In this document: one piece after another, positions 46,095 through 58,535 of the stretch | How positions within the stretch are numbered: position 1 is the first letter of the stretch | Layout: every line of letters starts with the position of its first letter | From: Ascidiella aspersa | Taxonomy: Eukaryota | DNA: 64,000 nucleotides | Assembly (NCBI GenBank): GCA_963924565.1 | Contig: OZ004615.1 | Coordinates: forward strand, 6,882,001 to 6,946,000 | Direction of reading: 5' to 3' | Program-made: the position numbers and the translations under genes | The notes under the pieces: model-generated | Seen by the model: the letters and a program-made list of their open reading frames with translations, nothing else | Database searches by the model: none | Told to the model about the DNA's origin: nothing

Positions 46095-47397
46095 TTTTAA
46101 ACAACGCCACCTGTATAAATGAGATAACAACAATAACTTTGTTTACAACTCCAGGTTTTAAACTGCTAAAGCAGATTGGCGGCATTGTTTGCATAAAAAT
46201 GCATTTCAGCCAAAAGTAAATTTAGTTTTAATAGTCTTTATCAAAGTTTTAGAATTTTTCAAAACTTATGAGAAGACCCTTTACAATGGTTAAACCTTTA
46301 TCTAGTCGCGGGCCAAACCTCAGAAAGGTCTTTGCGGAAAGTTAAATTTAAACTGTGTAGACTTTACGCATCTTATTGTAATTATAAGAACCGCAACGAC
46401 TGTCAATCAGAGATTCCGGTATGCTATAGCAAAAAGGAAGCGAAATTTGCCTATTTCGGTCACGTTTTAGCGACACAAAGAGATGCGAGGTCATGTACAG
46501 CACGTTTTGAAACTAACCTGTGAATAACACCGCCAGTCCGCCACGTATTCAACGAATACACTTGCGAAAACGACTATACTATATAAGCCTAATAAGTCCA
46601 CCATTGCGAAATAAGGAACGAAGTATACTTTACACTTACAGTGTTCATGTAACTCGATTGCTTATCTAATCTCAAACCTAAGCTTGAAATACAACTCAAA
46701 AAATTCTGATAAACTTCTAAGGTTAACCCATAACCATCAACGGACAAAAGCTACAGAGTCGGAGTCGCACTCGGGACCCGAGGAAGGCTACGTTAAGACT
46801 ATACTCGAATCCTGTCTGTCGTGTAGCCTACCTGCGCAGCAACAAAAAACGACGAGGCCTCAAATTGTAAATGTGAAACATTTAGTGAAATAATTCCAAC
46901 TAAGTATTTTGGGTGTTTTAAAGGAGTTATGATCCCTTCATGAGTAAATTGCTGTATAGTGTATATCCATTATCCACCCTATTTTAGTTGCGTGAATGGG
47001 TGGAATGCAGACTGTCGAGTCAAAGCCGGGTTTGGAACTCGAATAACATCATCATCGAAATTTGACACATCTCGAAATAAGGCCAAAATAGGAACATTCC
47101 AAAAGTCAATATAGTCGGAATAATATCTGAATCAGAATAAAACTTAAACGGCCAGAACAAGATTTAAACATCCTTTTACTTAACCCAAACCCCTACCCTA
47201 ACTTGATAACTATAACTAAACCAATAGTTTCACCCCTAACCCATATACCAACCCCAGCCATTACCCACCCCAAACATTAAACGGAGCCAAAAAGACCAAT
47301 GACAGAACGACCGAGGCGAGAAATAGAAGCCGTATATGCTTAGGTTGGACGTAGATAAATGAAAAATATTCGTTAAAATTAAAAAAGTGAGATATGA

Positions 47398-48519
47398 TTA
47401 CTAACACTTGACCCACCTGAACCCAAACGCTAACCCGAATCCAAACCCAAATAATGTGCGTTAATTTAATAATTATCCGAACGCTGGAAAAAAAAGCCCA
47501 AACTCGGGTGGGCATAGCCTATATAGTTCATCGTCCATTGTATAAAGGATTTTTACGTCACAAATTGAGGTATTGGGGCCTGAAGCGTTATAACTTATAA
47601 TTTGAGGCAAGCGGATTTAATTACAAGTCTCATTAAACTAATTTGCCTCGGCAATCAACCTCGCTATTGCTTCAATAAGTTTTGGTGTTGTCTGATTACA
47701 ATTCCACACAGTTTGTGTTGGCTATTATGGGCAAACCGGCTAATGCCGGCAAGCACAACCACTCGCTGTCTTGACACGACTAGACTGGATTGGTTCAACA
47801 GCAGAACAACTTGTAAATTGATCCTGAGAACTGGACATTTTTATTTTGTAAGCAATCCTTTTTATACACAAAGCAGCAATGACACGGCAAATTGTTACAT
47901 TATCTAATAGTAATTTCGTCACACGGGTGTTGGCTTATCGCCTTTCTTTCTCAACTTATCTCCTACAAGGAAGTTAGAATCTGTTCATATTAGTACACGA
48001 AAGCGGCTTCTCTAACTGTAAACACAATTTCGAATCATTGTTTTGGGATGCGGCTAATGTGCCAATTCTCAAAGCGGCGATTTAAGGTCGCACATTCGCT
48101 GACAATATAAGGAAGGATATGCGTCAGTTTTGTTATTCGTCATCTGTGAACAAGTGGCCGAACTGTTTCGCAAGGCACTGGCAATTTACCGGAAGTTTTC
48201 ACTAAAAACGCACACAGTAGCAATTCGTCAACATTACATTTTCGAGTTTAGACACATAAAGCTCTTTGATAAATAGATATATTATTACAATTTTGATAAA
48301 TATACAACAGGATGTTTTTGGTAAGGATGCGTTATGACAATTTTGATAATTAGACAAGAAATAATAAAGGGGCGTATGTTTTTGTTGTTCGTTAATTACT
48401 TAAAACGATTAATTAAACATGTAAAAATGGCCACTGCCACCACAAATTATTAAATTAACGCACATTATTTGGGTTAGGGTGCTGGTTAACGTTTGGGTTC
48501 GGGTTGGTCAAGTATTATT
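47398..48519. repeat. Inverted pair of approx. 75-bp AACCC-rich repeats (47398-47474 and 48446-48519); third partial copy at about 58082-58128
   Basis: ACTTGACC..AACCCAAACG..AACCCAAATAATGTGCGTTAATTTAATAATT and its reverse complement about 1 kb downstream. Confidence 0.75.
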
Positions 48520-50099
48520 GAAATCTTCTTATCCACATTTGTTAAGTCAAATTAGTGCATTGTCCAAGACCTCAAAGTCTAAAAGTCGGACTTTTTGATC
48601 CTTTGAATGCACTAATTGTCGCAGACCTTTTTGCTTGGAAATGCACTAATTTCTGACGGATGGGGTGCAACATCCATTCGGTAAATTAATAGTAGGTCGA
48701 AAAATAGGTAGAGATAGTGGTGACAAACACTTAGGTTGGACTGATTGCATCCTAAATGATAAGCAAGGCCATATTGAATTACTCATTAAGGGCTTTTAAG
48801 AAGGCCTTTATTATTTGCAAAAATTCATGTCATGCAAAAAAGGTTAAACAGTGGAAACTTAAAAATAGGTGTAAGACAATTATCAACAACCAAACGACTA
48901 GCATATCTTCGCTTTTGGATGGAATATGAAAACAGATTAACTCTATGAATGTGCCGACAAAACAGAAACAAACATTGATTTTGTTGACAGGGCCGAACAC
49001 ACTGGTTGGACATTAACCAGGTTGTTGTAACATATCGCGCTTGCATCTGCATGGATTCCGCTTTACCGTTTCCATTGCGTGTAGAAATTTAATTTCTGCA
49101 CACATAAAAGAGTCATTAGGTGTTGGTGAGTTGTAGCGGAACTTCGTGCTATTTCCTGTACTATACGGCCATCTCGAACTCGAATGACGTGCTAATTGTA
49201 TCATTAGGCGTGCATTGCCTTGATACAAATATAGCTGCAATGTGGCTAATGCGTGGCCCCGTGGGATGTTGCTGGTGTAATACATGAGTGAATAGCAGGC
49301 GAACGTGTTTGACGAAGCAGAAGGTTCTGTTCATAGCAGCTATAACAGAACTGTTGGCAGCGGCATAACTTGATATTACAGCACGCTCGTGGGGATAGGG
49401 TTTAGTTTTACTTTCAAGTGTAACGAAGCATGTGCGTTAACTTATGAATGCTTTATTCTGTATGCTACCCTTAACACCGTGTTTATTACCAAAAATGTTT
49501 ATTCAATCAAACATGTGATAATAATGATACTGTTTAGCTTGACTACATGATTAGCCTATCACTCTAGGCCAGGGCGAAAAACTATAGTTGTCTTATTGTA
49601 GGGAACTCGAATAAACTCGACCAGGACTCTGATAAAGTTTACTGTTTCTTTTCTTTTGATCGCAAGATTGTACTTAAATGTATAAAATGAAACGCTTTGT
49701 ACACATCGTTTGTTGAGTTTTTGAGAAACCGCCACGGTTCAATGCATCGCTAAAACAACAAGATCGTTGGTATCCAAGGATACCACTTTTGTACGATTCT
49801 CACAGTTTTCAAATAAAATGGATTACCGTTTTAAAAGAACAGCAAACATTTTTTAAAGCAAGAACGTTAAACATATATTTTGGAATACCATTAAGTATGC
49901 CTGCAATAGGCAAAGCTGTTGCATTTACAGAGTTAATAGAATACCTAGCAGCAGTTGAGTAAAATATTTTTAATTAGCAGATGACATTGAAGCTGTTTAT
50001 CGCAGAATACAATCTTTTTTAAAACTACGCCATGTATTTACAGAACACGTATAGTGTTTTATAACAGTTTTAAATCTAGTTTGTGATACACTTGCAAAT

Positions 50100-51725
50100 A
50101 TGGGTAGGCCCAAGAGAAAAACCACACCACTGGCAACTCCACCTGCAGCCAAAAAAGCACAGAAACGAAAAGCACAGGACGTAAAAGTTAAACCAGACCC
50201 GGATGCAGATAAACCAAGTACTTCTGCAGACTCTGACAAGGATCAGAAAGTTGTCACTTTTACAGGCACAATACCGGTCGACAGTGAATGCCCATTAAAT
50301 CCCAAAGATTATCATGTGCATATTGCAGGCACCGATATTTACAATGCAATGTTAAACCAAACTAACATTGGTGCAAACAACAACAAGTACTACATCTTGC
50401 AGGTTATAAAGCACAACAACAAAAGTGAATTCTTCTCGTGGTTTAGATGGGGCAGAGTTGGTAAAACTGCAGGCACACAACTAACGCCTAACCAAGAACA
50501 TAAAGCCATCCAACTCTTTCGAAAAAAGTTTCAAAATAAAACAGGTTTCGTTTGGGTCTTCAGAAGTGGGTTTACAAAAACAAAGGGTAAATATGACATG
50601 GTTGAAATTGACTATGGCCAAGACGATACCAGTTCAACTGAGGTTGACGGTCCTAAAAAGCCAAAAATACAAGTAGAATCAAAACTGGACAAGCGGATTC
50701 AGGATGTCATGAGTTTGATCTTTGACCAAAATGAATGGGAAGCTTCCATTAAGGAAATGAAGTTTGACATTAAAAAGGCACCCCTGGGAAAACTTACCAA
50801 AGCACAGATAACAGCAGGTTACGAGTCATTGAAAAGAATTGAATCATGTATCCAGAAGAAAAAACAGACGGGGACCGAATTGGCTGATGCTTGCAGCGAA
50901 TTCTACACAAGGGTCCCACATGACTTTGGTATGAAAGTTCCACCCCTGATTAAGACACCACAAGATATCAAAGAAAAGCTGCAGCTCCTTGAGGCACTGG
51001 AAGACCTTCAAATTGCCATCAGCGTTGTTGATGAAAAGCAAGATGAAACTAAAAACAAGCTGGATGGATATTATGATTCGCTGCAATGTGATTTGGCTCC
51101 ATTGGAGAAAACAGACAGTGAATTTAAGGAGATTGCAAAGTATGTGAAAAACACACATGCCAGTACCCACAATCAGTACGAATTAGCGGTACAGGAAGTT
51201 TTTCGGGTCAACCGTGAGAGTGACACCAAAAAATTTAAAAAAGATCTGGGCTCCAGGATGTTGCTGTGGCATGGGTCTCGTCTTACCAACTGGTGCGGCA
51301 TCTTGAAGCAAGGTTTGCGAATTGCACCACCAGAAGCTCCAGTGACAGGCTACATGTTCGGAAAGGGAGTCTACTTTGCAGACATGGTTTCAAAGTCTGC
51401 CAACTATTGCTTCACCAATGCCAGGCAGCCAATCGGTTTTTTACTTGTGTGCGAAGTAGCACTTGGTTCTATGAACGAGAAGACATACTCTGATTATAAT
51501 GCCGATAAGTTGCCAAAAGGCAAGCATAGTACAAAGGGCTGTGGCAGAACTGCACCTGATCCCAAGAGTTATGTAAAGTTGGAAGATGGGGCTGTAATTC
51601 CCTCTGGAAAACCGAAACCAGTTAAACTCAAAGATGGAGGGTATCTGATGTACAACGAATATATTGTCTACAACACGGCTCAGATTAAACCAAGATACCT
51701 GGTAAAAACCAAGTTCAGGTACTAA
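50100..51725 (+). CDS. PARP2: Poly(ADP-ribose) polymerase, PARP2-like (basic N-terminus, WGR, regulatory and catalytic domains), intronless, 541 aa
   Basis: WGR domain (YNAMLNQTNIGANNNKYY...WFRWGRVG), helical regulatory domain (PLGKLTKAQITAGYESL, FYTRVPHDFGMK) and catalytic domain with the H-Y-E triad (LLWHGSR, GYMFGKGVYFADMVSKSANYC, YNEYIVY). There are no zinc fingers or BRCT, so it is not PARP1. The APPEAPVTGYMFGKG loop argues for PARP2 over PARP3. Confidence 0.9.
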   Translation: MGRPKRKTTPLATPPAAKKAQKRKAQDVKVKPDPDADKPSTSADSDKDQKVVTFTGTIPVDSECPLNPKDYHVHIAGTDIYNAMLNQTNIGANNNKYYILQVIKHNNKSEFFSWFRWGRVGKTAGTQLTPNQEHKAIQLFRKKFQNKTGFVWVFRSGFTKTKGKYDMVEIDYGQDDTSSTEVDGPKKPKIQVESKLDKRIQDVMSLIFDQNEWEASIKEMKFDIKKAPLGKLTKAQITAGYESLKRIESCIQKKKQTGTELADACSEFYTRVPHDFGMKVPPLIKTPQDIKEKLQLLEALEDLQIAISVVDEKQDETKNKLDGYYDSLQCDLAPLEKTDSEFKEIAKYVKNTHASTHNQYELAVQEVFRVNRESDTKKFKKDLGSRMLLWHGSRLTNWCGILKQGLRIAPPEAPVTGYMFGKGVYFADMVSKSANYCFTNARQPIGFLLVCEVALGSMNEKTYSDYNADKLPKGKHSTKGCGRTAPDPKSYVKLEDGAVIPSGKPKPVKLKDGGYLMYNEYIVYNTAQIKPRYLVKTKFRY

Positions 51726-52724
51726 ACAGTGACCTAAGGCTTCTAAAGCATTTATGGCAAAATATTGTTTCTTCAATTTTGACCAGTGGATAGCTGCACA
51801 ACTTCATTACTCAAAGTACCAGTGTGTATAAAATGCTGTTTTTTATTGGTTTTACTCTCAAGTTTCATTACACTAATCACTGTTTTTAATTACTACTGCA
51901 CTTCCATAGAAATAAGTTTTGTTCATAAATTGTATTGCACTTTAAAACCAAGTTTTTGGTTGTTTATATTATGCATTATATTGTATGATTATTGGATTTG
52001 TTGTATCATTGTTGACAATGTTATCTTAGTAGTTTTTCTATATGCAGCGTTATTATAAAATATATAACATGTTGTTTGTAATCTTTATCTATTTTTACTG
52101 AGATAAACCAATTCATTTTTGAAATGAAACAAAACTTTAATTATATTTAGTGGATTGACATTTTGAAAATATATTTTGTGCATATCAAATATTCCTTTTA
52201 CATTATAGATGTTTGATCTAAACTGTATTAATCATGTGGAGAAACAATTGTGGTGTTCAGTTAAATGTTAAAAATTGTAAACCTTTTTTAGGCCAATGAG
52301 TTCCGTCAGCTGTCTGCATATTTTCTAAATTAACTGGCGTAAATATTATATTCACAATTACATATGTGTCCTGTTTTTTTAGTTACATGTCGAAAAACAT
52401 GGAAAAGCAAGGGATACAAGCTTCTTACTACAATAGATTGAGAATTGTCAGGACAGTAAAATGAATTTTTTGGTCATTACCAACAGCCTGATTTTTCGAT
52501 TTAACATTTTACTCCTGTTGACCAACAAAAGTTTAAAGTTTAATTACCACACTTTCACTGCTTAACCATAAAATTCAAACCTTTTAAAAAATGCAACACA
52601 TGCTGGCGCTGACAAAATAATAATACACTACAGTGTATAAATTTGGCAGTTGATGAAACTTAAAGAGTTACGCCAGGCCATAAAGCCTTTTCGTTAATAT
52701 GCGACAGTGAAATTATTAAAATTG

Positions 52725-53465
52725 CTAAACAATACTGTCAATTAGGGAATCACGCATAGTTGTTTGAACCGAATTAGGATTTTGATTGTCACCTAATTTA
52801 AATACGCTCTCTACAACTGAAAGTTCAGTACTGGTGGTGTCGAGTCCACAAAACGCACACCAGTCATTAACAACCATGCCAGCGCCAATGACTTCGCTAC
52901 CCCGGTTTACGGTCCCTGCAACCAGGGGTACTTGCAGGAGTGAAGAGAGTTCGTCCAGGTCTTCTATGCTTGTTTTGGGATGAACCAGTCCTCCTTGGTT
53001 ACTGAAACAGCAATAACTGCCAACCAAAACTTGATCGGTTACAGTTTGCCGGAAGACCTCTACCTTCAAAACGTCGGCCAAGATTTCTTCAGTCTCCTGA
53101 TCTAAATCAGGATGAACGAGAGCAACGTAATCGTTGCATGACACCACATTGCCAAGCGCTGAGAGCCGCTCTTCTAATCTTTGAATCTTTACCGAGTCCG
53201 GAAGACAGTTGCGGATATGCTGTAGCTCTTGGTCTGTTGTAGAATTTGGTACCAAAAGGCCGTGTCGGTTTCCAACGCACATTCTTCCAATAATCCTGCA
53301 TTCGGCAATGGAAGCGTGCACCACTGGTATGGTGTCTGCAAGTTCTGATTCAAAGACACTGTAAAAATTTTCAGAGCCCCCAATGGCCACCAGGCAGTAT
53401 GAATTTGTCAGCTTGGCAAATACTCCGATTTCATTGTTGTTTTCAAATTGTACCCTCACCGCCAT
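52725..53465 (-). CDS. EIF6: Eukaryotic translation initiation factor 6, intronless CDS, 246 aa
   Basis: [39 protein letters not shown]...RLSALGNV...[26 protein letters not shown]...MRDSLIDS is a full-length, highly conserved eIF6. Confidence 0.98.
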   Translation of the reverse strand: MAVRVQFENNNEIGVFAKLTNSYCLVAIGGSENFYSVFESELADTIPVVHASIAECRIIGRMCVGNRHGLLVPNSTTDQELQHIRNCLPDSVKIQRLEERLSALGNVVSCNDYVALVHPDLDQETEEILADVLKVEVFRQTVTDQVLVGSYCCFSNQGGLVHPKTSIEDLDELSSLLQVPLVAGTVNRGSEVIGAGMVVNDWCAFCGLDTTSTELSVVESVFKLGDNQNPNSVQTTMRDSLIDSIV

Positions 53466-55071
53466 CTTGCAGTTGTTGAAGTGAAATGATAGTTTGTGCT
53501 AACTTTTAAAGAAATCCGGTACAACTATTTTTCCAAAAAGAAAAATATAGAATTTAAACATTTATTACAATAATTAGCCAAATATTTATAACAGGTTATG
53601 CATTGTTAAATCAACATATAAACAACATATATGTTTCAATTTGAATTTAATAAGTTTCAGTAAAATAGCTTAGCATTTTTTTCAGACTTGGGACTGAAGT
53701 TATTATGTTAAATGAATTGGGTTGAAATTTTTTAAAATAGGGTTATTTATCTCAATTTTGCACATACCGTATGTACCTTGCTAGGTGTTAGACTTTTGTT
53801 TATTTTTAATTGGTTTACTGCGCACATTCGGACAAGTTAGTTGATTCAATTTTTTTGGTTAAACCTTTTGATCGTTTTATTTCAATGAGTTAATTTGGAA
53901 TGACTTGCTCTAATAATGACATGACGGGATCTTGACTTGGTTTGGAATTATTTTACAAAGGACTTGATAGGGACTTGTTCATTTTAAAATCCCTTGTTTA
54001 AAACGCTGCTATTTACATACAAAATGAATATTAAATAATTGAAAGCAAAAGTAATATTAAATAACTAAAAGCTTAACAAAATTCTTCAGTACTGGAAGCC
54101 TAACGCAAATAATTTCTACTTTTTAAACCTTCACCCTTAATTTACGCGAGACAAGTACTTAATTCCAAGCAAACCTAAAAAAGAATTTTACTTTACCACT
54201 TTTTGTGTATATCAGATGATCTCAACATACTTTCAACTCGATCACGCTAACCGACGAAAAATATTGGCGTCACAGCGGTAAATGGAAATTATACCGATAC
54301 GGGTGCCGTTTATATTAGAGTCAACGAATATAAAAAGTTACCCAAAACTATTTGCTTTTGGACCAAAAACGATATTGCACAACTACTTTGCAACGTGCGC
54401 CGAAATGTACAACGATTCAAACTTGCGTTATTTGCAAGAAGCCGTAGCTGTTTTTCATCCTTTCGAGCGCATTGCGCAAGAATATATCTATTAAAAAACC
54501 CTTCGAAAACAAATACCGATTTATTTGTGGGTGCGAAACAATTTCGAAAAATAATTTGATAATGACAGACCACAAACTACGAGTAGAATTGGAAATATTC
54601 CAAAGGAAAATTTCTTTTGCACAGGACTGTAAAAGCGAAAGTAAAAAACAAACAAAAGTTGATAATACTATTGTAAACAAGTCATTTTGAAAAGACCTAA
54701 TTACCAGTCAAATCATTTGAAAAATAACTTCGACTATTTTTACGCTGTGTAGTTTATTAACGCGTAATAAAAAAAAGTTAAAAAAGAAAATGATTTGACC
54801 TAGTGCACTAAAGTCACTGTTCTTAAATGACCTAGTTTGACCTAATTTTTTTGGTGAAAATGACTTGTCTTAAACTTAGCCTAAGTTATTTAAGCAAGAG
54901 ACTTGGATTAAATTAAAGAATCGGAACTATATTAATTATGAAAACCTCAAGTGTAAAAAACGTTTGCTTTTTTAGGTTAAACGTGTTCTTATATTCTTTA
55001 GGTTTAAATTTATTTTGTATGTCAATAACTTAACGACTGGAACGATTTATGTATGATTTCGATTTCATTTG

Positions 55072-55811
55072 CAAGGGCGGATCCAGGCGGTACGAGGTTT
55101 ATGTACGTATTTGCTAAACCAGCATATAAAGGCGTTATTTCGCGAACGTCGTTTTAAAATATTAAAGTTGTTTTTTGAAAACTGCAAATTAATTTAATAT
55201 AATATTAAAACATTTATATGCACTTTTTGCGATTTTAGAGTTTAAACTAGAGAAGCGATAAAGTTTCTACCGCCCTTCAAAAGTATTTTGTCCACTTTTT
55301 GTGAGCACATAGAACATACCGTCTTTTGCAAAAATGTAACTTAAACTGCCTTAAATTTATCCAGTCAAAACAATATCATCCTGCTTTGTCGTCGACATCA
55401 CTACCCCAAATCGATGATATAATAGTGAGTAGTGACATAGAGCATATATGTTTGGTACATAAAACAACAAAAACAATGCAGCAAAACTTATCGCGCCTGA
55501 GCTTTTTCCAATTTTGCTATGTTTTGTCAGTTTTACGCAAAATTTGTTTAGCCCAAGGGACACACACGATATTTTTATCAATACGCCCAATGCATCACGT
55601 GGTTTTTGCCTATTTAAACCAAATGGCAATTTTTGCCCGTTTATGATGGTTTTCGTCTACAATTTGCGCACTAGTTTGTTAGCGAACTACAGGTGTTTTT
55701 TAGGATTACTTGCTTCATGACGTCAGCTTATGACAAAACTTTGTGACGACAACCCTTTTCTCCCACTTCATGCCAACAAACGTTAGTGGTTAGCCTATGG
55801 ATCCGCTCCTG
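55072..55811. mobile_element. Non-autonomous DNA transposon (GGCGGATCCA-type TIRs)
   Basis: CAAGGGCGGATCCA ... TGGATCCGCTCCTG, a 14-bp inverted repeat with 2 mismatches; TSD unclear. Confidence 0.55.
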
Positions 55812-56416
55812 GTCATGAGTGGTTTTTGGACATGATTATAGTCGCGATTTTTTCACGTTCTCCCCCTTTTTGGTGACATTTTTAGAAACTAATCATTGTT
55901 GACGTAAAACCCAACATAAGGAAAAGAAGCTCTAATTTTTAACCGACTATGTACATTTAGAACAGCGTTTTTAAACTGGAGTGTCCGAAAGGAAAATGTG
56001 TATGATTCGCGGCGCGCGAAACCTTTTAAAATCATTTATTCGCGCACCCGCATCCTTCCTATTAAGTTTTCCTAAGTAGTCTAGACTCTAAATGGTTTAA
56101 TTCAGGTTTGCGGAGTCGGTTAAAAATAACCAAAAAAAGTCCGACTTCATCCGTTTCATTTTGATATCAATTACTTGACTCGGAGTTCACAATTGCTGAC
56201 TTGACTGCGAATTTTTCTGGGTATCTGGTGAGTTGGACTGGTACGTTACTTGTAATTAATTCAAAAAAAGACTTGTCTTGGACCTAAATTATTTATTTAC
56301 AACACTGCTTTTTAATGCCTCGCATGTCGCAGATTGTGAAGTGATCTTTAAAAAATGTTCATGCCTCTTTAACAAAATCGTGCATTCGCCTCTATCTTAA
56401 TCAAAACATGCTAGAC

Positions 56417-57347
56417 CAGTGGTCCTCAACCTTTTATGCTTTGTGGCCCCCTTTGAAAGACTCTCGACCCTCATGGCCCCTGCTTATAAAAATATCAAGC
56501 ATTGTGTTTAACGTATTTACTTGTTTTACTTCTTCACGTTAATAACAAATACAGCCATTAATCAACGAAGAAATGCACTTACCTCTCAAAATTGTCCAAA
56601 TAAAGCATTTTAATTTAAATTAACTTAGTTAGTCATGACAAATCTTGTTTTTCGACGCCGCCAAGGTATTTTTTTATCTTCGGCTCTGTTTTGTACGGAG
56701 CAAAGCGATGTCACTACATTCGTCGAGATGCTTTCTCGATTTTCCTTATTATTAATGCGTTAATTACAATTAGCCTACTTAACAAATAAGTTGTACATGG
56801 ACCGCTGAATGTTGGCCGAAAAATGACCTTGAATATTTGGATAACCCTGTAGCGTACTTTATGTGTTTTACGATGGAATGTTTCTTTTGCAACTAAACGC
56901 CTTTAAGGAAATTGCGAACTGTTGTATCTGGCACACTAGTTTCTCGCCGAACAGCATTTGTCGGAGATTTAATGATTAGGCAAGGGTATCGGCAAGTAGG
57001 CCTAATAATTGGCCGCCCGAAAAAACGCTGACGCCGCACTGCATGGCTACGTATGAAGCAGAACAGTTATAGTTTCGCCACAGCGTCAGGCCTTTAACAT
57101 AATTTGCCACTCGCGAACGACGAATTAGGCGTAACTTTTCTTGATAAAACGAATAAAAATGATTCAATATTCTAATTTTAACATCAATACTGGCGAGTCA
57201 AAGCACGTGTCAGAAAAATGGGTTACAAAACGTTGCAAGAAAGTTTTACAGTCATAATAAAAAACTCAAAATTAAGTTAACTGGTAAATTTTAAAAATAG
57301 TTACACTTTGTTTTTTGCAACATCTAGCTAGAGAGTTATGCCCGTGG
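56417..57347. mobile_element. 3'-truncated copy of the 40247-41145 hAT family
   Basis: Shares the 5' end (CAGTGGTCCTCAACCTTTTATGCTTTGTGGCCCCCTTTG...) and internal blocks (TTTTGCAACTAAACGCC, TTTCGCCACAGCG, AGAGTTATGCCCGTGG) with the 40247 element; the right TIR is missing. Confidence 0.8.
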
Positions 57348-58370
57348 ACAAGACAAAATATCGCAAAGTTGACACCAAGCCAACTTTTAAGAAATAGTTT
57401 TTCGGTTCTTTTTAGTCAATGTCATTCGTCATGTCACATCAACACTAACCAAGACCCACCAATCCAATATGACCTTAACACATATCAGGTTACGTGAGAT
57501 GCCTGCTATACCATTTTCTCAGCAGTTTAAAATTTGTATTAGAAAACATATTAACCCATCAACCTGCCTACATTTATCAATAGTTATATTTGTCTAATTT
57601 TAGCCGCAATTTACGCACGTAGCTCAGCTGATGTCACGCGTGAGTAAGCACGCCTGCGAAATCCAAAACAGAGCGCTTGGCGTCTTTCGTCAGCGCATTA
57701 AGAACACATCGTTGTGCGCTTTTCTGCCTAAACGTAGAGGAAACTCTTAAGCGCGATGCATTTAAGAGTAATAGCTGGCTGTTGAGTAGCAACGCGCAGG
57801 ATATGTTGCATACTGGTGGCAGCGGAATTGGCCAATGGCTTTAATTGCTGCACACGTAGAGCTTATGGACGATCGAACCCTTTTTTTGATAGTTGGCAGT
57901 TTTTGTGTAATGCTGACTTTTTTTCGGTGCTGGTTTTTGCCACCGACTTTGGATGATTATTATATTTATTGCCATACAATGAATGATAAGCGCTGGTCTA
58001 GAAACCTAACCTTAATAAAACGAGTTGTCAAAGTTGAATTGAAATAAAGGAAGTCATAAATATATAGGGATCAATATAATAATAATACTTGACCCACCCA
58101 AACGCTTACTCTCCCCCTAACCAAATATTGTTAGCAATATAACCCCGGACGAAAATGTGGTAGTTTTGTAGACCAGTGCCACATATATAAATTATTTTTT
58201 TCTAATTTTGAGTTGATGTACTTGATGTTTTATGGCTCAGAAATAAATATATTGTGTTGGAAACAATTTTTTGAATGAATATTTCATATTGGGGCATCAG
58301 AGAGAATTTACACCACAATCAAGGATAGTTTTGGTAAGCATACATTTGTAAGTCTGTCAATAAAAAAAAC

Positions 58371-58535
58371 AGTATAGACTTTCTTGTCTCAGTCAAAATC
58401 AGTCACTATAGGTTCTAGTTTTTAAAAGAGAAATATATTTCGCCAATAAATTTATAAAAAAAATATAATATATTTCTCTTTTATAAACTAGAACCTATAG
58501 TGACTGATTTTGACTGAGATAAGAAAGTCTATACT
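58371..58535. repeat. Long inverted repeat: 69-bp arms, 27-nt spacer
   Basis: 58371-58439 is the reverse complement of 58467-58535 with 2 mismatches. Confidence 0.95.

Noticed and set aside
46095-46133. TTG start extending the TLR ORF to 1071 aa
   Set aside because: The genome is eukaryotic, ATG 46094 begins the signal peptide, and an acceptor AG lies at 46111.
47175-47270. CCCTAAC motifs as an interstitial telomere or telomerase template
   Set aside because: They are scattered degenerate units within an interspersed repeat, not tandem TTAGGG.
48188-48203. GGAAGTTTTC as an NF-kB site for the TLR
   Set aside because: It is a single imperfect match 2 kb from the ATG and not distinguishable from chance.
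57835-58047. 70-aa hydrophobic ORF; also a GCACACGTAG match to U11 snRNA
   Set aside because: The hydrophobicity comes from T-runs and there is no homology. The U11-like match is 10 nt, with wrong spacing and no matching 5' end.
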